Assembly: GCA_016204995.1 (NCBI GenBank)
Contig: JACQJR010000001.1
Span: 241,132 to 305,131, forward strand
DNA from: Candidatus Microgenomates bacterium
GTDB lineage: Bacteria; Patescibacteriota; Microgenomatia; UBA8517; JACQJR01
Reading direction: 5' to 3'
Length of the DNA stretch: 64,000 nt
Positions 21,013-29,317 of this stretch are shown piece after piece. The notes beneath the pieces are model-generated. The model was not told the origin of the DNA. It saw only the letters and a list, made by a program, of their open reading frames with translations, and did no database searches. Numbering within the stretch: position 1 is the first letter of the stretch; each line of letters starts with the position of its first letter. The translations under genes were made by a program, and so were the position numbers.

Positions 21013-22504
21013 AAATAGTTGTAAAATCTCGCCAAATTTGGCCACCCAATAAAATATGAAGCATGGCTATATAAGATAACAAACCTACTATTACTAAAAT
21101 AATTACTCCCAGCCAATTTAAGGTAATAAGATTACCAGTTATAAACATCACCAAAGCCATGCCAATACTAGCTGTCAAAGGATAGCCTACGCTTTCCAAT
21201 AAAACTACATTGACAAAACGTTTACTCCACACAATTGCCACAATTGAACTTATTCCCACTAACATAAAACCTAATGCCGCCCCATTAATAGAATAGCGGC
21301 TAGCCAGCAAAGGAACAAAAATCCATGTTAAAACAGTCCACATCACCATCAAGCGAAATGTAACGGCAATTTTACCGATACTGTTAAGCATATTAGTTAA
21401 AGGCGTGGAGACCGCTGCAAAAGCCGAGTTAACACTGATGAAAGCCAAAGCCAAAAGAGCCGGCTGCCATTGGGCGTATTTGGGAATTAAATGGGTTAAA
21501 GGTTCAGAAACAAACACCAAACCGACCAAAGCCGGAAAGACCAGCAAACAGATAAAGAAAAGTGAACGCGAGACCGCATTGGCTAGCTCTCTTTTCTCAT
21601 GCTGCATCCGGGAAAAAGCCGGAAAAGTCACTTTAATCACCTGGTCCATAAAAAATCGTAGCGGTGCTTGCGCCCATTTTTGGGCCCAACCCAAAAGACC
21701 GATACCGGCCGGGCCGATAATACCGCCTAAGACTAAGGTCATACCATCATCCTTGACCATCGCCAGCATAGTATTAGCCTGATAAGGCAAACCAAATTTT
21801 AATAATCCCCCTAAATATTGCCTATTCCATAAAAATCCCGGCTGCCAGGGCCGCAAAATATAAATTATCACTACTCCCACTATGCCCCGAGCTACCACCG
21901 CCACTGTAAAACTAGTAATACCAAAGCCCTGCCAGGCTAAAATTACGGCTATACTGTAAAAAACAATCGTCTCGGCAATTTGGGGAATAATTAATTTGTT
22001 AAATAACAATTCCCGTTCCAGTAAGACCGAGGGAATAGTTTTTAAAGAGGATAAAAAGAGAGAAAATGTTAAAGCCCACAGCAAGTATACCGAAGGCTGG
22101 GAAAGTTTATACCAGTTCTGAAAAAGGGGAGTTAAAGAAAAAATTAGAATAATTACTCCTAATACCAATATCTGTTGTACTGTAAAAACAGATTTTAATT
22201 CGCGCTTATCCAGCCGGTCTTTTTTTTGAATTAAAGCTGCGGCCAAGCCGATATCAGAAAAATAGGCAAAAAAGTTAATGACTGCTGAAACCAAAAAGAA
22301 AACTCCAAATTGAGTTGGAGTTAAAAAAATTGTTAGTAAAAATGTAGCCAGTAACGCTATTACCTGAAGAATAAAAGTCCGGCCGGTTAAAGCCACTACT
22401 CCCTTAACTGCCCGTCTCTTAACAGTCTCCAGAGATATTTCCTCGGTAGGACCCGTGCTGAGCCCAGCCGAAGCATCCAGATGTTCGGCAGCAGTAATCC
22501 CCAC
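20990..22504 (-). CDS. Wzx-type oligosaccharide flippase
   Basis: LTP..FG, DIGLAAALIQ, FPAFSR.Q; many TMs; GTG 22504 chosen because TGCTACAAT lies 6 nt upstream. Confidence 0.85.
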   Translation of the reverse strand: MGITAAEHLDASAGLSTGPTEEISLETVKRRAVKGVVALTGRTFILQVIALLATFLLTIFLTPTQFGVFFLVSAVINFFAYFSDIGLAAALIQKKDRLDKRELKSVFTVQQILVLGVIILIFSLTPLFQNWYKLSQPSVYLLWALTFSLFLSSLKTIPSVLLERELLFNKLIIPQIAETIVFYSIAVILAWQGFGITSFTVAVVARGIVGVVIIYILRPWQPGFLWNRQYLGGLLKFGLPYQANTMLAMVKDDGMTLVLGGIIGPAGIGLLGWAQKWAQAPLRFFMDQVIKVTFPAFSRMQHEKRELANAVSRSLFFICLLVFPALVGLVFVSEPLTHLIPKYAQWQPALLALAFISVNSAFAAVSTPLTNMLNSIGKIAVTFRLMVMWTVLTWIFVPLLASRYSINGAALGFMLVGISSIVAIVWSKRFVNVVLLESVGYPLTASIGMALVMFITGNLITLNWLGVIILVIVGLLSYIAMLHILLGGQIWRDFTTIYATFKKK

Positions 22505-22563
22505 CCCTAAATTGTAGCAGAAATCCGCATTACACCATACCTTTAATTTGTTAAAATTATTCA

Positions 22564-22980
22564 TTGAGAAGAAAAATAAAGAAACATTCTAGAAAAATAT
22601 TATTTCCAGGAAAACCTATAATCAAGGAATGGTTGCATAGTCACAAAAGGACATTTTACCTTAACACAGAACAGCTTGATAGAATTTCTTTTTCAATTCT
22701 AAAAGATGAAAATGAGAAAATAAAAGAAATTCAAAATGTTTCTTATGAAATCAATATAAATGGAAAATGGGTTAGGATAGTAAGATATGATGATCATAGT
22801 GGAACTGGATCACTTCACAGACATACAAAATTTTCATTTAGTAGCCTTAAAGAAATAATAGAATCACTTCCCTGGATCAAAGGAGACAAAAATCAACAAT
22901 TAACACAGGCTTGTAATGATATTAAGGAAAATTATGAGGAGTTCAAAAATGAATTTACAAAAAATTCCGGGCTTGACTAG
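22564..22980 (+). CDS. Putative toxin (TumE/DUF7718-like)
   Basis: YEI..W..IVRYDDHSG..HRH motif; paired with a small downstream gene. Confidence 0.55.
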   Translation: MRRKIKKHSRKILFPGKPIIKEWLHSHKRTFYLNTEQLDRISFSILKDENEKIKEIQNVSYEININGKWVRIVRYDDHSGTGSLHRHTKFSFSSLKEIIESLPWIKGDKNQQLTQACNDIKENYEEFKNEFTKNSGLD

Positions 22981-23030
22981 TATTAATCAAAAATTTACAG
23001 TATATTTGTATTAAGGGTGTAAAATAAGAC

Positions 23031-23285
23031 ATGGGTACAAAAACACAAACCGCTAAAAATATTGAATTGACACATAAACTGATCGAGTATCTATTGCGTG
23101 GAAAAAACGTACCAGACCTACCGGAGGATGTATCTTTTGTTCCATTCTCAAAGACAGATAAGAAACTTAATAAAGAAAATGACAAATTACTTAAATCTAT
23201 CTATCAAGAAGGAAAACGCGTTGCAAAAGCAGAGGAATCAAAAACAAGCAAGGGTTCTTGGGAAATAACTCCAGTTAATTTCTAA
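23031..23285 (+). CDS. Putative antitoxin (DUF5647-like)
   Basis: KNIEL..L.EYLL..LPEDVSFVPF..D.KL..EN pattern; 84 aa. Confidence 0.5.
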   Translation: MGTKTQTAKNIELTHKLIEYLLRGKNVPDLPEDVSFVPFSKTDKKLNKENDKLLKSIYQEGKRVAKAEESKTSKGSWEITPVNF

Positions 23286-23543
23286 TAACCGTTAAGCTGG
23301 ATGAAAAAACAGCCAATTTTACATCCATTAATTTACATTACCCCGAATACTACCCGAAGTCAAGAGAACTAAAATGAGGTTCTGCAGACATTTAATTTCT
23401 TCTCAAAATATTCCAACTAAGACAAGTGATATATCAGAAGACCAAATAAAACAAGGACTCTTAAAATCCGCCGCCAACACTCTCTCGGCCGCACAATTTG
23501 TTGTAAGTTTCTAAACATAAAAATAGGTAATATTTAGATATAT

Positions 23544-24638
23544 TTACTTAAAAATCTTTATTAAAGTTTCTGCTAAATTAGTTTTTCTACCATCTCTTGG
23601 AAAAATTTCCCTAATCGTATTTGGGAAGAACCCTTCAACTGCGTTCCAAATTTTAACACCGTTATTATCAATTTCACTCAAAGCTCCTGGTAAATATGGA
23701 TATTTATGTGTGATCCTAGCCTGAAAGAGTTCAGGAGATTCAGGAGAAATAATATACAATTTTAATTTTTTACTATCTATTGCATTAACAAGACATTCAT
23801 TTATATGCTCATCACGAAATCCATAACCAACCAACAATAACCTTACCTCTTCTTGATTTAAAGATTTCTTAAATTCTTGGAAATAAAAATTTAGTAAGGG
23901 CTCTTTTTCAATATCGGACTTTTTATTCTTGCCTATTATCATTCTGCTAGTACCATCACTTGATACCCAACCTAAAGAACCATGTAACTTCATGTACAAA
24001 ATATTGTGCTGCTTCTTAACACTCTCTAATTCTGTGACAAGTTCAACTTCTGAAAATCTATTAAGCTCATCGTGGTTAGGTAATATATGTGGATCTCTGT
24101 TTGAGTATGATATTTTGTACCCGCCACATTGCTTTAATCTCTCTTGAGAAAACCATTTAGTTTTTGAAATAAATGGTTGCCAGCCAAATTTTTGTTCAAA
24201 AAATAAATCTTGGTTGAGAGTGAAACAAACTCCTACCCGCTCTTCATTGAAGAAAAACAAACTCAAAAAATCCTTAAGTTCTTCCTGGTTAACCCCCCAG
24301 GAATCAATGATTTGATTTTCTCCTTGTCCTATTATTAGTTGCATCGAAATGTATGTTTCGATAATTATCTTTTCAAATTTAGTTTTATCATCAGATGAAT
24401 ATCCGTCACCTAATATTATTTCGCTAAATATATTCTCAAAATCAAACTTTTTCTCCGAATTTTTGAATAATTCTTTAGCTTTGGTTAACTGATTAAGATC
24501 AGGATTATTAAAAATTTTTACCCACATCTCCCTAGCAAGGAATCCACCAAAATTAGCTGTAAAACCGGCACCGAAAAGTAGCATATTTTTTCTATAGTTT
24601 AAATCCATGCAAGTTTTATTTACGCTGCAACCTTCCAT
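23544..24638 (-). CDS. SIR2-like (SIR2_2) protein
   Basis: LLFGAGF, FTLNQDLFFE, KLHGS, VGYGFRDEHIN. Confidence 0.8.
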   Translation of the reverse strand: MEGCSVNKTCMDLNYRKNMLLFGAGFTANFGGFLAREMWVKIFNNPDLNQLTKAKELFKNSEKKFDFENIFSEIILGDGYSSDDKTKFEKIIIETYISMQLIIGQGENQIIDSWGVNQEELKDFLSLFFFNEERVGVCFTLNQDLFFEQKFGWQPFISKTKWFSQERLKQCGGYKISYSNRDPHILPNHDELNRFSEVELVTELESVKKQHNILYMKLHGSLGWVSSDGTSRMIIGKNKKSDIEKEPLLNFYFQEFKKSLNQEEVRLLLVGYGFRDEHINECLVNAIDSKKLKLYIISPESPELFQARITHKYPYLPGALSEIDNNGVKIWNAVEGFFPNTIREIFPRDGRKTNLAETLIKIFK

Positions 24639-24967
24639 GCTACAGAATACTATTAAATAGTATCAGAAATCTATCTCTGAGATATGATAGTTCTAAAGAG
24701 ATTTATGCTGCTTGAAATAACACTTTTGGCTTGGATTACCTTAGTTTTGAAATATTCAACCAAGAAGTTGGAATTAAATTGAAAGAAACTACCAACTCTT
24801 TTTGCTTTCCCTCCAAACATATCTATAACCAGGAGGTGCTGGTGGCTTTGATGGTTTAGGCACACTAGGTGACCGAGGAGGCCTGGGTGGTCTAGGAGCT
24901 GTCGGAGCTTTTGGCGGTCGAGGACCCTATATGGGATTGGAATAATCTTTAGCCAGCTTCCATACCA

Positions 24968-25213
24968 TTAGTAGCTACCTCCTCCATCAAGTTCTTGACT
25001 AGGTGAAACTGAACCAGAAACATTTGAAGCAGTCCCAGCTGAAACAGAGATAATTCCGCCTACAAATCCTTGCTGTTTTTCAGTAGGGAGGTCTGTATGT
25101 TTCTCACAAACATTGTTTAAACACGACCAGATACCTAAAGTTTGAATAATTAGACTACCACACAAGGTACAAACTAAAACCCCAGATTTTGTTCTGTTAG
25201 TCCAATTAAGCAT
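24968..25213 (-). CDS. Small hypothetical protein with hydrophobic N-terminus
   Basis: 81 aa ORF; its stop overlaps the next ATG (TAATG). Confidence 0.4.
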   Translation of the reverse strand: MLNWTNRTKSGVLVCTLCGSLIIQTLGIWSCLNNVCEKHTDLPTEKQQGFVGGIISVSAGTASNVSGSVSPSQELDGGGSY

Positions 25214-25386
25214 AAAATTATTAAAAAGATGCCAAGTAAAAACTTAGGCTAGTATTACATTAGCATTATAATACAATCGGCACTAAAAAACTAGATAGGT
25301 AAATACTAATGACTTCAATTATTTTGATTCTTACCTTCAGCTACGTTCAGAAGAAATCTGACGTAGGCAGTAGAGTTTATAAACTA

Positions 25387-25413
25387 ACTGTTCTCCTCTA
25401 AGAGAAGAACAGT
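25387..25413. terminator. Terminator-like hairpin after the nuclease gene
   Basis: ACTGTTCT..AGAACAGT stem; U-tract weak; a second hairpin lies at 25341-25366. Confidence 0.35.
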
Positions 25414-25429
25414 AAAACAAAAAATATTT

Positions 25430-25948
25430 TTATGGAATCGGGAGTCCTAATTTCTGTAGGGGTAAATAATTAAAATAATATTGACAACCTACATCGATTA
25501 TATAATTAAGGGTATCTTTATATTGTGGTTTTCTGAACCAATCACTAAGAATATAAATATACTCAACCTCTATATTAAGTGAGGCCATTAACTTTTTATA
25601 TTGTTTCTTTTTGAAATCACAAGTTTGTAACTTCTCATCCACCGAGCCACCCACATTTTGAATCTTTAGTTCAATAACAAACAATGTATTATTAACGATC
25701 ACATATATTGCTTCATCGGGTAAAAGTTTTTTAGAAATTATCTTTGTATAATTAACCCCTTTAGCAGCTAAAAAATTATAAAGAGAATGTTTTTTATAAC
25801 TTCTTGCCACCTCCTCATCTTGATAGTAGATAACCTTATCTTTCACTGAATATCCTTCAGTCTTGCTAAGTAAGGAAATGATATCTTTTTCTTTCTCAAA
25901 ATTAAGACCAGTTAAGGTATTTCCTCCTCCTTTTCCACCTTTAATCAT
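25430..25948 (-). CDS. PD-(D/E)XK nuclease, putative restriction endonuclease
   Basis: PDEA..IELKIQ..GSVDEK; overlaps the MTase stop codon. Confidence 0.7.
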   Translation of the reverse strand: MIKGGKGGGNTLTGLNFEKEKDIISLLSKTEGYSVKDKVIYYQDEEVARSYKKHSLYNFLAAKGVNYTKIISKKLLPDEAIYVIVNNTLFVIELKIQNVGGSVDEKLQTCDFKKKQYKKLMASLNIEVEYIYILSDWFRKPQYKDTLNYIIDVGCQYYFNYLPLQKLGLPIP

Positions 25949-26811
25949 ATAGATAATCCCTGATTTATTATAAATTCTTTTCCTTGTTTTACCGGATCAT
26001 ACATTGAAAGCTGTTTATTTTTCAAGTTTTTCTCCAATTCTTCAAATCTTTTTATTGATAAATCTAGATATTTTCTTTCGGTATCAATTCCAATAAAGTT
26101 CCGATCCAAAAGATAAGCTGCAATTCCAGTTGTTGAACTTCCAGTAAATGGATCAACTATTAAATCACTTTTATTTGTACTCGCAAGAATAATTCTTTTA
26201 AGTAAATCTTCTGGCTTTTGCGTTGGATGTTTGCCAAATTTTTTTTCTATGGGTTTAGGAGTTCCTATCGCCCAAACTGAACGCATTTGTAGGCCTGGTT
26301 TTTTTAATTGATCCCCTAACCAATTGCCATTTTTCATTAAATTATAATTAAAGACGTGCTTTGTTTCTTTGTCTTTACGTGCCCATATCAATGTCTCATG
26401 GCTAGCAGTAAAATAACGACAACTTAAATTAGGGGAGGCATTTGGCTTGAACCAAGCAATATCATTGAGTATATGGTATCCTAGCGACTGCAAAGCATGT
26501 CCACACTGATAAATCGAATGATAAGTGCCACTAACCCAAAGAGTACCATGGGGTTTCAAAACTCTCCGGCACGCCTCCATCCATTTATAATGGAAATCAT
26601 AATCATCTTTGAATCCCTTACTCTTATCCCAATCTCCTTTATTAACACTAACCATCCGTCCTGCATGAACAGTTATGCCTCCGTTTGAAAGATTATAAGG
26701 GGGATCGGCAAAAATCATATCCACTGAACTCTCGGGAAACTCAGCCAACAAATCTAGACAATTAGCCTGATAAAGTTTAAATTTAGGCTTTTCGTAGTAT
26801 GATTTTATCAT
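25945..26811 (-). CDS. Beta-class amino DNA methyltransferase (DpnA-like)
   Basis: FADPPY.LSNGG..VSVNKGDWD, HPTQKP, DPFTGSSTTG. Confidence 0.9.
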   Translation of the reverse strand: MIKSYYEKPKFKLYQANCLDLLAEFPESSVDMIFADPPYNLSNGGITVHAGRMVSVNKGDWDKSKGFKDDYDFHYKWMEACRRVLKPHGTLWVSGTYHSIYQCGHALQSLGYHILNDIAWFKPNASPNLSCRYFTASHETLIWARKDKETKHVFNYNLMKNGNWLGDQLKKPGLQMRSVWAIGTPKPIEKKFGKHPTQKPEDLLKRIILASTNKSDLIVDPFTGSSTTGIAAYLLDRNFIGIDTERKYLDLSIKRFEELEKNLKNKQLSMYDPVKQGKEFIINQGLSI

Positions 26812-27016
26812 ATTTTATGAAAAAGTGTTATGAACTAGCATAAGTATTTTACCACAAATCTTGTAATATTTTTATGCAAATTTTTAAAAAAATTTTAGCC
26901 ACGAATTAAGTATAAATTAGCATCCCTTTGATATACATTTTTATAGTTGACAGTTATTCCAGTCAACCTCAAAATAGCAGACGCGCGATTAAACTGATAA
27001 AAGGAGGTGAGAATAT

Positions 27017-27124
27017 ATGCCATACAGAAGTTCTAAAACGGGTAAATATGTTAAAAAATCATACGCACAAAAGCATCCAACAGTTACTGAAAGAGAGAGA
27101 AATAAAAAGAATAATAGGCATTGA
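27017..27124 (+). CDS. 35-aa basic microprotein (absent from ORF track)
   Basis: AAGGAGGTGA SD at 27001-27010, 6 nt before ATG; MPYRSSKTGKYVKKSYAQKHPTVTERERNKKNNRH. Confidence 0.7.
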   Translation: MPYRSSKTGKYVKKSYAQKHPTVTERERNKKNNRH

Positions 27125-27183
27125 ATCGTCTAGTGGACAAGCAGGCAATGGGTGGACTAAAGTGGAATTAGACTGCATCTTAT

Positions 27184-27855
27184 ATGCCTCAATTTAAATT
27201 ATCTCCCTCAGACTTCGCCTACCTTTATGAGGATTGTAAATTTTGCTATGTTTTAAAAGTTAAAAGCGGCGTTGCTTTACCCAGTATGCCGATGCCGAGA
27301 GTTTTCTCCGCCATAAATACCAGACTTCAAGGTAATCTTATCGGGAAAAGCCTTAAAAGCTTATCTAAAAATCTACCGGAGGGAGAAGTTATATCACAGG
27401 AAGGCTTTGTGGAATCAGTTGTTATTCCCGGCACATCAGTTTACATCAAAGGGAAATATGATTTGCTGGTTAAAAATCCTGACGGCACGCATATGGTGGT
27501 GGATTTAAAAATCAGCCAGCCGGGAGAAGATAAAATAGAAAAATATAAAACGCAGTTGGCTGCTTATAAATATGCCTTTGAAAATCCAAAAAACGGCCAG
27601 CCGATTAAAATTACCAAACTTGGGCTTTTGATTTTTTATCCAGATCAAGTCTCATTCCAAAATGATACTGCCATACTTCATTTTCCTCCTGTTTGGCTGG
27701 AAATTCCCATTGATGATGAATACTTTTTAACATTTATTAAAGCTATTGATGAACTTCTGGCTGGTCCTGAACCAGGAGTCAGCGTAACTTGCAGATGGTG
27801 TGTTTATAGAAAATATTTTGAGCCCCAAGCTCTTGTGGAAGATATTCCTTTTTAG
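27184..27855 (+). CDS. PD-(D/E)XK nuclease (AddB/Cas4-like)
   Basis: LSPS..CKFC, GKYDLL..VVDLK, QLAAY, CRWC; ends EDIPF. Confidence 0.8.
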   Translation: MPQFKLSPSDFAYLYEDCKFCYVLKVKSGVALPSMPMPRVFSAINTRLQGNLIGKSLKSLSKNLPEGEVISQEGFVESVVIPGTSVYIKGKYDLLVKNPDGTHMVVDLKISQPGEDKIEKYKTQLAAYKYAFENPKNGQPIKITKLGLLIFYPDQVSFQNDTAILHFPPVWLEIPIDDEYFLTFIKAIDELLAGPEPGVSVTCRWCVYRKYFEPQALVEDIPF

Positions 27856-27859
27856 GAAT

Positions 27860-29317
27860 TTATTGAATCTTCGCCACTATGGATTTGATTTCAGTGGAAA
27901 GAATATCTTTCGGAATACCGCCTAAATCTTCATAGAAAACTTTGAGGTTGAAATCGTGATATAACAATTGCAGGGCGTCGGAATTATTTAAAATATAAGC
28001 AGCTTGGCGGGAACTACCTCCCCAATCGCCAGAAATTTTCGGGTAACTGGGATCATTTACGAAATAAACTATGGCACCCTTGGGTAAAGTTGGATAAGTA
28101 GTTAAAACGTTATTAATTAATTTCTCGGCAATCCTACCACGAACTGCCGCCGGATAAGTTCGATCACCCAATTTAATTGACGTCACTGACAACACCACCA
28201 AAGAAGTAATTAAAATCACTTTCAATAAATTCATTTTATTAGAGAAAATTAGATAACCTATCACTCCCCAAAAAGCCGGCAGGGCTGGTGCTAAATAGTA
28301 AGTTGATTTATGAAGTGGAAGTAAAATTACCGGCGAGATAGCTATGGGAAACCAAAATAGTAGAAAGATAAATTTTTTGTCTAGTAAAGCTGATTTATTT
28401 TTTCGCCACAAGTTAATTATAAAAATAATTATTAATCCGATTGATAAGAAAAATGCCGGGAAAATAATTTTAAAATAATCTCCCCAAAATTTCATTAAGT
28501 TTGGATTAAGCGATAACTTGGGGCCAATAAAATCAATCAGCATTTCCGGCATACCCGCCGCCCACACAGTGTACCAGGCAAAGGAATTAATTATTTTTGG
28601 CAGAGAAAATACTGCCTGGTATTGAGCATCTTTTTGTAAAAGACCAATTTTGACAAAATCCAGATAGATAAAAATTAACAGTATCAGGAAAAAAGGCCAG
28701 ACCATTTTGATATTTTTTCCTTTAATCCAAACCATTCCCAGCATCAAGAAAGGCGTGGTAATTGCCAACTCATGCGAGGCTAGTGATAGTAGAAAAACAA
28801 CTAGCGATAAAATCCACCATTTTATTTTTCCCTCTTGGAGATATTGCCACCAGCAAATTAGAGTTAAGAGCATGAACATGGTGACTCCCAAAGCTTGAAT
28901 TCCACCGGCCAAATAATAAAGCAGTGCTACATTCGCAGCAGTTATCCTAAAGAAAAAAGCTGTGAATAGCGATAAAAACTTTTTGGCAAAAATTTTCTGC
29001 ATTAATGTATAAACCAGTACTGTATTAATTAAATGAATGGATATTGACAGTAGGCGAAATGGTAAATGATTAAGACCGAATAATTGATAATAAATATTAA
29101 ATAATCCTTCCCGGAAAACAGGCCGGTAAAAGGCATAGCCTCGCTCGGAAAAACTGGGAAAGCCAAATAAATTGATAAAACTTTCTAGCTTGCCATCAGT
29201 TAAACTGGCTTTAAAATGAAAAAAATCATCCTGGGAAAAATAAACTCCCAAAACGGGAGAATAAATCCACAAAACAAAAAGGCAGACTAAAATAAGAGGC
29301 CACCACCTACTTAACAT
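27860..29317 (-). CDS. GT-C-like membrane glycosyltransferase
   Basis: FSQDDF..FYRP motif, IH..N, SHE; multi-TM. Confidence 0.7.
   Translation of the reverse strand: MLSRWWPLILVCLFVLWIYSPVLGVYFSQDDFFHFKASLTDGKLESFINLFGFPSFSERGYAFYRPVFREGLFNIYYQLFGLNHLPFRLLSISIHLINTVLVYTLMQKIFAKKFLSLFTAFFFRITAANVALLYYLAGGIQALGVTMFMLLTLICWWQYLQEGKIKWWILSLVVFLLSLASHELAITTPFLMLGMVWIKGKNIKMVWPFFLILLIFIYLDFVKIGLLQKDAQYQAVFSLPKIINSFAWYTVWAAGMPEMLIDFIGPKLSLNPNLMKFWGDYFKIIFPAFFLSIGLIIIFIINLWRKNKSALLDKKFIFLLFWFPIAISPVILLPLHKSTYYLAPALPAFWGVIGYLIFSNKMNLLKVILITSLVVLSVTSIKLGDRTYPAAVRGRIAEKLINNVLTTYPTLPKGAIVYFVNDPSYPKISGDWGGSSRQAAYILNNSDALQLLYHDFNLKVFYEDLGGIPKDILSTEIKSIVAKIQ

Noticed and set aside
23374-23514. 46-aa ORF between the TA-like pair and SIR2
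   Set aside because: No RBS or motif; cannot be supported.
24671-24865. 64-aa ORF from the track
   Set aside because: Alternative frame of the Pro-rich segment, with no start signals.
26928-27197. 89-aa ORF from the track
   Set aside because: No RBS; the SD-led 27017..27124 frame is better supported.
27184-27855. CRISPR-associated cas4
   Set aside because: No array or other cas genes; solo PD-(D/E)XK nucleases are common.
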